Source of the DNA: an uncultured Smithella sp. | GTDB taxonomy: Bacteria > Desulfobacterota > Syntrophia > Syntrophales > Smithellaceae | NCBI GenBank assembly: GCA_964400795.1 | Contig: CAYNWA010000011.1 | Span: forward strand, 26,374 to 87,578 | Length of the DNA stretch: 61,205 nucleotides | Reading direction: 5' to 3' | Shown: positions 50,347-58,608 of the stretch, in pieces | Numbering within the stretch: the first letter of the stretch is position 1 | Layout of the letters: each line of letters opens with the position of its first letter | Made by a program: the position numbers and the translations under genes | Notes under the pieces: model-generated | What the model saw: only the letters and a program-made list of their open reading frames with translations | Databases searched by the model: none | What the model was told of the DNA's origin: nothing

Positions 50347-51192
50347 TCATTCCCGAATGACCTGTTGAGGAGATTTTTCAAGAACCAAGGGATTTTCCAC
50401 GCATTCTTTAAAAAATAAAAGTATGTCGCAGGCCTTTTTACCATCGAAGATTCGTTCATCTATGGTGAATCCGAATTTGATGACATCTGAAACTTTTAGC
50501 GTGCCTTCAGGTGTCACGACCGGTGCTTTATGCATTGCGCCTATAGTAACAAAAACCGATGCGTTCCCCCAGTCATAGAGATGATGATAAAGAGACTTTA
50601 AACCAAAAGATCCTATGTCTGAAACTACACACGAAGAAAACAAAGGGTTATCTTTATATGATGCATAGGGCAAAAGTCCTTTGTCAATCAGCCATGGATA
50701 TAATATCGCGCAAAATGACGAAATAAAATTGGGAAGTTTCATAAAGAAATCGATTATATTTTCATTGCTGTCGGCCGGTTTTTTAACTGTGTCATTAATA
50801 ATTTCTTTAATTTCCTTTGAGACGTCAAAAATATCCCATTCGGGTTGTCCAAATATTTTACGAAGAACAATTTTCCCGTTGATGTTTATAGCGAATGCTG
50901 CGGAATATTCACGTCTGGCGTAGAATTTATGATTATAAATAAATCTGTTTATCTCGGGAAACTGACTTGTTGTTCTAAGAAGAGCAGAAATGACCAGCTC
51001 AAAAATTGTGATATCATGACCTTCTTTTTTTTTGTTGTTTATAAAATTAACGGTGTGAGCAACGTCAACTTCCAGTTCATGCCAAACAATGGCTTCACTT
51101 CGTTTGGGCATGAAAAATGTGTAGCATTTCTGAAAACTGCTGATTGTTTTAAGATGGCGTCCATCTTTTCTTCCCATGTCAACCTCCGGCAA
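50347..51192 (-). CDS. Standalone 2-oxoacid dehydrogenase E2-like acyltransferase catalytic domain
   Basis: PEINRFI, SDIGSFG...YHHLYDWG and TIDERIFDG. No lipoyl or E3-binding domain. Confidence 0.75.
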   Translation of the reverse strand: MPEVDMGRKDGRHLKTISSFQKCYTFFMPKRSEAIVWHELEVDVAHTVNFINNKKKEGHDITIFELVISALLRTTSQFPEINRFIYNHKFYARREYSAAFAININGKIVLRKIFGQPEWDIFDVSKEIKEIINDTVKKPADSNENIIDFFMKLPNFISSFCAILYPWLIDKGLLPYASYKDNPLFSSCVVSDIGSFGLKSLYHHLYDWGNASVFVTIGAMHKAPVVTPEGTLKVSDVIKFGFTIDERIFDGKKACDILLFFKECVENPLVLEKSPQQVIRE

Positions 51193-51400
51193 AACAGAAT
51201 ATTCATTTGAGAGTTTTACTTGAAACTAATCGTGGTTTGGTATACATGAACAATGCAAAAAGTCAATAAGATGTTGGTCTTTAAATGTGCGAATTAAATG
51301 CGAAAAATAAAAATCTCCTTTTTAATAATTAAGATTCAGGTTATGTTTAACATCCGGTGTGTTCTGAAAAGAGGGACATTATTACCGGAGCGGTAAATTA

Positions 51401-52642
51401 ATGATGAAATGGATCAAGTTGTCATTACGCAATATATTAAGAAATAAACGCCGCTCTTTATTTACTATTGTCACCATAAGCATCGGTTTTGCTTCCATTG
51501 GATTGTGCTACGGATATCTTCATCATACCTATTGGGCTTTAAGCTATCTTGCTATTCACGGTGAAGGACTCGGACATCTGAGAATCAACAAAGCCGGATG
51601 GAAACAATATTCAAAGATGGACAAATTAAAATACATGTTTACATATGAAGAAACCCAAAAAATAATGAAGATTGTCGGTGAAGAAAAAGATGTGATATTG
51701 TCCACACCTCAGATTCAGCTCGCCGGTCTGGTGAGCAATGGTGAAATTTCCACTCTTTTTGTCGGTCAGGGTGTTGTCCCCAAAGACGATAAAATTCTTC
51801 AGACACAACGGTGGATCAAATATTCAAAGATCAAAGGGAAAAGATTGACGGAAGACGATCCCTCCGGTGTGGAGATGTCAAAAGGTTTGAGTAAATATCT
51901 CAATTTAATACCGGGGACAAAAGGCGTGGTTATGTCAAACACAGTCGATGGCCAGATGAAAGCTCTCGATATAAAAATAAATGGGGTCTACGATGCAGGA
52001 AATGAGATTTCCAATAACAAATTTTTACGATTCAATTTAAAATTTGTCCAGTCTCTCCTTGACACTCCATCGACAGAAAGAATCGTCGTTTTGCTCAAAG
52101 ACGTCACAGAAACAGAGGTAATGCGTAAACGCTTACTAAAGAAACTCGACGCTGCCGGCATAAATTGTGAAATGCTGACATGGAATGAATTGTCAATGGT
52201 TTATTCCAAGGTAAAATCTTTTCTCGACGCGATCTTTATTTTTCTTTTTGTTATCGTTTTGTTTATCGCAGTATTATCAATCATTAATACCATGAGCATG
52301 GTGGTCCTGGAAAGAACAAGAGAGATTGGGACATTGCGTACGCTGGGTTTAAAACGCAAAGGCGTAACCATAATTTTTGCTTTGGAGGGAGCTTGCCTGG
52401 GGTTTTTCGGCAGCATAGCCGGTTTTGTGTTGCATAGTGTCGTTGTGGGTATTACCAGATATCATCCCATGCGCTACACGCCGCCGGGTGCATCGAGTTC
52501 CGTATTGCTTTATATAGATATGGTGCCCGATGCGCTGTTTGTATTATTTATAAACTTTATTTTGCTGTCCATGGCGTCAGCTGTTGTTTCCGCCAGGCGC
52601 GCAGCCGGTAAAAATATTGTCGATGCGCTGGGGCATACTTGA
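51401..52642 (+). CDS. FtsX/LolE-type ABC permease (orphan in this window)
   Basis: RNILRNKRRS, VLERTREIGTLRTLG and IVDALGH. Confidence 0.88.
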   Translation: MMKWIKLSLRNILRNKRRSLFTIVTISIGFASIGLCYGYLHHTYWALSYLAIHGEGLGHLRINKAGWKQYSKMDKLKYMFTYEETQKIMKIVGEEKDVILSTPQIQLAGLVSNGEISTLFVGQGVVPKDDKILQTQRWIKYSKIKGKRLTEDDPSGVEMSKGLSKYLNLIPGTKGVVMSNTVDGQMKALDIKINGVYDAGNEISNNKFLRFNLKFVQSLLDTPSTERIVVLLKDVTETEVMRKRLLKKLDAAGINCEMLTWNELSMVYSKVKSFLDAIFIFLFVIVLFIAVLSIINTMSMVVLERTREIGTLRTLGLKRKGVTIIFALEGACLGFFGSIAGFVLHSVVVGITRYHPMRYTPPGASSSVLLYIDMVPDALFVLFINFILLSMASAVVSARRAAGKNIVDALGHT

Positions 52643-52749
52643 AATCTTAAACGAGTAGGCAAAAAGGTTTTTACGGATATTTCATATCAAACAGCGAAAA
52701 ATTTTATTGTGAGACTCAAATTTCAAAAACGAAGTGCGTTGAAATTTGC

Positions 52750-52862
52750 CAGTCGAACAATCCCGCGATAAGCGGAGGGTATAATTCCCCGCCCCTTAGA
52801 GCGAAATTAGGGTTCAGTCCCGATAGCAATCGGGATTGCCTTGGGGTTCATACCCGTGATGC
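52750..52862. repeat. REP-like intergenic element
   Basis: TCCCGAT-AGCA-ATCGGGA palindrome (52818-52835) shared with the elements at 19341 and 39295. Boundaries approximate. Confidence 0.5.
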
Positions 52863-52943
52863 CGGAAATTCAAAAATTTCTGAATTATGATTTAACATAA
52901 GCTGGAAAATTGAAATAAATATTGTAGAGGTTATTGCTGAATT

Positions 52944-53801
52944 TTGAAAAATGTACTGGTTGCCGGAGCCTCATCCGGCATAGGACTTGCTGCATCGCGC
53001 CAACTTAATACTGACGGTTTCTGCGTCTACGCGGGCGCGCAATCATTCGGCAAAGAACAAATCGCATCCGAAGGGTTTATCATGTTGCCCCTGGATGTCA
53101 CCGATGATTTGTCCGTACAGGAAGCAATCCGGAATATTATACAAAGAGATGGCCGCATTGACGCGCTGGTAAACTGTGCCGCGTTTTTGACACTGGGAGC
53201 CTGCGAAGACGTCTCCGCTGAAGAATTACGCCTGGTCATGGAAACAAACTTTTTAGGAATGGCACGCATGACCCGGGCAGTGCTGCCAGCCATGCGCGAA
53301 CAGCAATATGGCCGTATTGTTAATATTTCATCTCTGAACGGTCTGTTCGGCATTCCTTTTCAGGGTGCCTATACAGCATCCAAGCACGCGATTGAAGGTT
53401 GGAGTGAAAGCCTTGCCCAGGAAACAAGACGATTCGGCATTTATGTGACCCTTGTGGAGCCGGGTGATTGTCGGGGCGGTGCTTTGAAGTACCGGACACG
53501 CGCGAAAGCTGCTGAGAAAAAAACTTCCCCTTATGCAGCATGGTATAAAAAAGCTGTCGACAAAATCATTCACGATGAACAAAACGGTCTCCATCCGGAG
53601 CGTGTGGCTCTTGCCATATCAAGCATTCTGCAAAGCCGGTGTCCGCCGTCTCGCCGAATTGTTGCAGATCCAATTCAGCGCTCGGCTGTTTTATTGCACA
53701 AGTTGCTGCCTCGTAGTGTATTTAACCGCATGATTGAAGTTTATTACACACCTGGGCAAGACGATATGCGATCTGAAATAAAAAAAATGGAGGGTAATTG
53801 A
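52944..53801 (+). CDS. Short-chain dehydrogenase/reductase; candidate 3-ketosphinganine reductase
   Basis: GASSGIG, NCA, YTASK and EPGD. Its stop overlaps the next ATG (TGATG). Confidence 0.85.
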   Translation: MKNVLVAGASSGIGLAASRQLNTDGFCVYAGAQSFGKEQIASEGFIMLPLDVTDDLSVQEAIRNIIQRDGRIDALVNCAAFLTLGACEDVSAEELRLVMETNFLGMARMTRAVLPAMREQQYGRIVNISSLNGLFGIPFQGAYTASKHAIEGWSESLAQETRRFGIYVTLVEPGDCRGGALKYRTRAKAAEKKTSPYAAWYKKAVDKIIHDEQNGLHPERVALAISSILQSRCPPSRRIVADPIQRSAVLLHKLLPRSVFNRMIEVYYTPGQDDMRSEIKKMEGN

Positions 53802-55057
53802 TGCCGGGGGAAAAAGATCAGCTGGCTTCGGCATTGCAGCAGGTTTTAAATAAAAAACAATCCAATAGAGATCCAAGAGTATTTACTGAAGACGTCTCTG
53901 TGCAACTGGCGATACTGATGAAAGAAATGGGATTGTATCCTTACTTCATGCCGATATCAGGGCAAATCGGACCGCGAATAATCATTGACGGCAGAGATAC
54001 CATTAACCTTGGCTCCAACAATTACATGGGACTGGCAAACCATCCGGATATGATTAAAGCCGGATGCGATGCCATGAGGAAATACGGTACGGGGTGCACG
54101 GGATCGCGCTTTCTCAATGGAACGCTTGAAATTCATAATGAACTGGAAGCAAAACTTGCAAAATTCTTTCAAAAAGAAGCCGCTCTTTGCTTTACGACGG
54201 GGATGCAGACGAACCTTGGCGTTATCTCTGGAATTACTCATAAGGGTGACCACATCATTTCCGATGAGAATAATCATGCCAGCATTATTGATGGCTGTCG
54301 GCTTTCACGTGCCAGCACTCATGTTTACAAGTATAATAATATGGATGATCTGAAAAGAGTTCTGACCGGTCTTCCAGAACAAGGTAACCGCTGGATCATC
54401 AGTGATAGTATTTTTTCCATGGAAGGGAATGTTGCTCAGATACCGCGTATTGTCGAACTGGCTGAAAGATACAGCGCGCGTGTAATTATTGACGATGCCC
54501 ATGGTATTGGCCACTTCGGGGAGCACGGGGAAGGTATTTGCGGACATTTGGGGTTAATGGATAAGATCGACATCCTCGTCGGTACATTTTCCAAATCATT
54601 TGCCAGCATTGGAGGTTTTTGCGCGGCCGGCAGAGAGATTATTCAACACCTTCAGCATCATGCGCGCAGTTTGATTTTCAGCGCTTCGATGCCCCCGGCT
54701 ATGGTTGCTACGGCCAGCAAAGCCCTGGATATCTTTTATGATGACGATAAAAGAAGAAAACAGGTTTTGCAAAATGCTTCCATTCTAAGAAAAGGTATAG
54801 AGTCTCTGGGGTTTAGAACTGTCCCACAAAAGATACCCACACCCATCATTCCCATTATTGTAGGAGATGTAATGAAATTAGCTTATTTCAGCAAGGGACT
54901 TCTGGAAAACGGTGTCTATATAAATCCGGTCATTCCTCCTGCGTCATCGGAAGCCATGATCAGAATGTCCGTTATGGCTACTCATTGTCAAAAGGATCTC
55001 AAAGATGCCCTGATCATATTGGAAAAAGAAGGCAGGAAACTGGATTTGATAAAATAA
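53801..55057 (+). CDS. spt: Serine palmitoyltransferase-like alpha-oxoamine synthase
   Basis: GLYPYF, GSNNYMGL, YGTGCTGSRFLNGT, NHASIIDG, DDAH, GTFSKS (PLP Lys), IFSAS, NPVIPPA and RMSVMATH. GGAGGG RBS. Confidence 0.78.
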   Translation: MPGEKDQLASALQQVLNKKQSNRDPRVFTEDVSVQLAILMKEMGLYPYFMPISGQIGPRIIIDGRDTINLGSNNYMGLANHPDMIKAGCDAMRKYGTGCTGSRFLNGTLEIHNELEAKLAKFFQKEAALCFTTGMQTNLGVISGITHKGDHIISDENNHASIIDGCRLSRASTHVYKYNNMDDLKRVLTGLPEQGNRWIISDSIFSMEGNVAQIPRIVELAERYSARVIIDDAHGIGHFGEHGEGICGHLGLMDKIDILVGTFSKSFASIGGFCAAGREIIQHLQHHARSLIFSASMPPAMVATASKALDIFYDDDKRRKQVLQNASILRKGIESLGFRTVPQKIPTPIIPIIVGDVMKLAYFSKGLLENGVYINPVIPPASSEAMIRMSVMATHCQKDLKDALIILEKEGRKLDLIK

Positions 55058-55134
55058 CGAACTTATCGAGAATAACACATAATCATATCGCATTAACCAT
55101 TTCAAGATTATAAATTGTTACCAAAGGAAGCATC

Positions 55135-55842
55135 ATGAAACTCAAACAGAACCAAGACGGTAAAAAAGTACTAAAAACAATTTCCAATGATCGCACAAGA
55201 ACCAATTTAATAAGAAAGCCTGAACACATTGCGTTGGTTTTTTTAGTTCAACGCATTCCTTCCTGGATGAGTTCAGACACGCTTACGTTTATCGGATTGT
55301 TAGGAAGCGCAATAACGCTGACGGGTTTTGTTTTAGCCGCCCATATTCAACCCTGCTATTTTTTACTGTGTGTTCTGGGTTTGGCCATAAACTGGTTTGG
55401 TGACTCTCTGGATGGACGACTTGCCTTCTATCGCAACAAATCCCGTCAATGGTATGGATTTACGCTTGATATTATCATCGATTGGATAAGTATAATTTTA
55501 ATAGGTTTGGGATATTTGCTTTATGTTGAAGGCAACTGGAAACTGGCAGGTTTCGGACTCATTGTTTTGTATGGATGGAGTATGCTGATTACGTTGTTAC
55601 GGTATAAAGTTACGGGGAAATATATCATTGATTCCGGTATTTTCGGACCGACGGAAGTCAGGATTCTCATAGCGCTCTTTTTAATTCTTGAAATATTTTT
55701 CAAAGACATCATTTTGTATTCTGCAGCGCTTGCTTGCCTTGTTTTATTCTTCATCAATATTACCGACTCTCTTAAATTGCTAAGCCTTGCTCATGGCAGG
55801 GATCTTGAAGAAAAGCAAAATAATTTATACGGGAAAAAATGA
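55135..55842 (+). CDS. CDP-alcohol phosphatidyltransferase family protein
   Basis: DSLDGRLA...G...D...D signature and GPTEVR; multi-TM. Confidence 0.9.
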   Translation: MKLKQNQDGKKVLKTISNDRTRTNLIRKPEHIALVFLVQRIPSWMSSDTLTFIGLLGSAITLTGFVLAAHIQPCYFLLCVLGLAINWFGDSLDGRLAFYRNKSRQWYGFTLDIIIDWISIILIGLGYLLYVEGNWKLAGFGLIVLYGWSMLITLLRYKVTGKYIIDSGIFGPTEVRILIALFLILEIFFKDIILYSAALACLVLFFINITDSLKLLSLAHGRDLEEKQNNLYGKK

Positions 55843-56020
55843 TTAAAAAAATTTATTTTCATGGTAACTTTAAGCATTTAGCATTTTTCTGGTCTTATCG
55901 GAAAATAAACTGGCCTCAATGCTCTGGGTGATTCCCATATTGTCACAGTATCTTTTGATGAATCTCGTGATGCCTATGTGCCAGGGAGGATTACTTTGGA
56001 TGCTATTGAAATGTTCTAAC

Positions 56021-57466
56021 CTATTTTTCTGAAGGCATGAGATTTTTTCGTTCCTTGTATGCCCAAACGCCCAGAGCGATCATTAATGCAAGGTAAATCG
56101 GAATTCTCCAGAAAAGAGGGAACAGTGCGAACCGGGATTGAACAAAAAAGACTGCTCCGATGAATCCGAACAGACAAAGCATATGTGGCGTCAGTTCCCG
56201 TTTGTAAAGCCAGCGTCCCGTCAGGCGGGTTTGTAAGACGATGACTTGAAGAAATTGCACGCCAATCATTAGAAGCGAGGTAAACGCCGCGCCTAATAGT
56301 CCATGCTGGGGTATGAGCATCACTCCGAATGTCGCCGCAAACAGCAATGTAATCACATTCCGCTTCAGCATCAGTGTGCTTTCCCCCAATCCATAAATCA
56401 CTTGAGAAGAAAGTTCACCGATTCCATTAACGAGCCGCCCGGAGAGGAGAATGAGAAACGCAAACAAATCGACGGAATACTGAGCTCCCGCTATGGACAG
56501 CAGTTCCTTGGGAAAACATGCCATGGTTGCGGCCACAGCGATCTGGATCATGGATACCATGCGAACGGTGTAGGAAAGGACATCCCTTAATTTTTCCCGT
56601 TGGTCATTTGATTGCAGGTGACTGACGATCGGGACGATTAGAGGATCATAACTCAACCGGACTTTCGCGATGCCGTCCGCGAGCATGCGCATGATTCCAT
56701 AGACAGCTGCAGAAGCGGGTCCGAGAAAGAAGAGCACCATCCAAAGATCAATTTGTGTAATGATATTTGCTATTAACCGTGCAAACGCTACGGGCAATGA
56801 ATAGCGAATCAGGCTTTGATCCACGGCTGTAATTCCTCTTTCAAGACTTGGGGGGAAATTATTTGCGAGGTATGTCAGAATGACGATGGCGCAAATCCAT
56901 TTCGCTCCGAACAGGCTCCATGCCAGGGCATTCGAAATTCCCGTCGGCCAGAGGGCAATGGCCAGAATCGGGATAAAGGAAAGGGAAAGAAATTGTTCCC
57001 ATATGGCGCGATATTGCGGTTTCCGGATTCCCATCAGGCATGCGGAACCATAACTGAGAACGACTGAGCCGGGAACGCTGAAAAGACAAATGGTGTAGAA
57101 CCCTAGCGTAACATGTTCAAAGCCGGTTGGGATCCATGCCTTACCGGTTGATAAGACGAGCACGGCAAAAAAAATGAAGCCCCCACTTAGAAAAAGCACA
57201 ATAAGCAACCACTTCCAGACTGTCCCGGCCGTCTGACCCTCTGTCGTTGATTGTTTCGGTATCCACCATGTCATCCCGGAGCTCATGCTCAAGCCGAGAA
57301 TCGTGGCAAGTGTTGTACAAAATGACTGCATCGAGATGAAGATTCCAAACATCTCCTGATTAAAAAGTCTCGGGACAATCAACATTAACGGTGAAATAAT
57401 GATTCTCAAAACCATTGCCGACATGTTGATAAACGAACCGCGAAAAATGAATCGGGTTTCAGACAT
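56021..57466 (-). CDS. MOP-superfamily (Wzx-like) oligosaccharide/lipid flippase
   Basis: About 13 TM segments, ..FG.., RYSLP, D.WMV.FFLG...AAVYG and PQHGLLGAA. Start at 57466 or 57484. Confidence 0.85.
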   Translation of the reverse strand: MSETRFIFRGSFINMSAMVLRIIISPLMLIVPRLFNQEMFGIFISMQSFCTTLATILGLSMSSGMTWWIPKQSTTEGQTAGTVWKWLLIVLFLSGGFIFFAVLVLSTGKAWIPTGFEHVTLGFYTICLFSVPGSVVLSYGSACLMGIRKPQYRAIWEQFLSLSFIPILAIALWPTGISNALAWSLFGAKWICAIVILTYLANNFPPSLERGITAVDQSLIRYSLPVAFARLIANIITQIDLWMVLFFLGPASAAVYGIMRMLADGIAKVRLSYDPLIVPIVSHLQSNDQREKLRDVLSYTVRMVSMIQIAVAATMACFPKELLSIAGAQYSVDLFAFLILLSGRLVNGIGELSSQVIYGLGESTLMLKRNVITLLFAATFGVMLIPQHGLLGAAFTSLLMIGVQFLQVIVLQTRLTGRWLYKRELTPHMLCLFGFIGAVFFVQSRFALFPLFWRIPIYLALMIALGVWAYKERKNLMPSEK

Positions 57467-58580
57467 GGTCGAGTCCTTCTTCACGGGATGGTTCCGGAAC
57501 GACTTCCTGTGTCCGGTCTCCTAACCCTTTTTCCATCATGATGTCCACGAAGCGCTCTCGTTCGTCCGGAGGTATGTTGTTCAGACACGCCAATCCGGCG
57601 TTTGATCCGGCAACCTGTTTCCAGAACAGCTCTATGTTTTCAGAAACGGAGGACGAGGGAAAATCAAACATCGCATGCGGTGCGGAAAGGTACCGGAAGA
57701 GGTGTCGATAAATGCGGTCATGAGGGTCCCATGCAGACAGATTTCCGAAAAGATGCAGATAAAGACGGTCATGAGGGTTCCATTTCTTTTCCATGCTGTA
57801 AAGAATGGTATAATAGGAAATATCTTTGGCATCACGAAAACGCCGCTGGCGAGTTTCCTCCAGGATAGGCCCGAATTCCTCTTCGACGCGCCATGCCGTT
57901 GATTTGCGAATGACAAGAGTCGAATGTATCGGAAAGATAATTTCATAACCGGCAAGACGGTGCCTGCATCTTCTTAGGTGGTCGTAAGCGTTCGCAATAC
58001 CAGAGGAGTAGATATTTGTTCGATACTGCGGCGATACGCGGGAATATTGTCGTTTTATCCACCTGAAATAGGCCGGATGAGTATGCAACTTAAGTGAAAT
58101 TGATCTGTTCCCCTTTATCGTGAAAAAAAAGCTCGGGTTGATTGGTGAAAAATGCATAACATCGTCGTTATTGTGGAGAAAGATTTCGGACAACCCGTCA
58201 ATACGATAGAGAAACGAACCAATGGCTCTGCTGTTAAATGTCGGGAGGCATTGTGCAGGAATGATTTCCCGGTGATCGATGATTTGGACTTGCCCCGAGT
58301 TGAGCAGATGAGATGCAAGGGGCGGAACCTGGGCATCGGTTACGATGAAGATTTTACGAATCCACGGCAGATATTTCAGAACGCTGTTGACGCTGAAAGT
58401 GATTTCTCCTACATCAAAGAAGCGGATATCGATATCTCCTGTATCGGAAACGTTTTTTGATAACGTTGCGTCTGGAGACTCCGAACGATACCGGTGACGT
58501 TTTTCCAGATGTACAGGATCGCTGCCATCGACATAGGTGAATACCATGTCTATCGGAATTTTCGATGTGACTGAATTCAT
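57459..58580 (-). CDS. Stealth-family hexose-1-phosphate transferase (copy 2)
   Basis: CR1 PIDMVFTYVDGSDP; CR2 KYLPWIRKIFIVT...LPTFNS...RIDGLSE...NDD; CR4-like CLNN. Start at 58580 after an AAGGAG RBS. Confidence 0.9.
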   Translation of the reverse strand: MNSVTSKIPIDMVFTYVDGSDPVHLEKRHRYRSESPDATLSKNVSDTGDIDIRFFDVGEITFSVNSVLKYLPWIRKIFIVTDAQVPPLASHLLNSGQVQIIDHREIIPAQCLPTFNSRAIGSFLYRIDGLSEIFLHNNDDVMHFSPINPSFFFTIKGNRSISLKLHTHPAYFRWIKRQYSRVSPQYRTNIYSSGIANAYDHLRRCRHRLAGYEIIFPIHSTLVIRKSTAWRVEEEFGPILEETRQRRFRDAKDISYYTILYSMEKKWNPHDRLYLHLFGNLSAWDPHDRIYRHLFRYLSAPHAMFDFPSSSVSENIELFWKQVAGSNAGLACLNNIPPDERERFVDIMMEKGLGDRTQEVVPEPSREEGLDHV

Positions 58581-58608
58581 GGGTTGCCCCTGTGCTCCTT
58601 TGTAATAT

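Noticed and set aside
50068-50459. Small ORFs or an integrase remnant near the att scar
   Set aside because: No tyrosine- or serine-recombinase motifs were found in the short frames.
53801-55057. Annotation as bioF or kbl
   Set aside because: No bio or tdh neighbours, and the motif blocks and lipid context favour SPT. This is not excluded without a phylogeny or assay.
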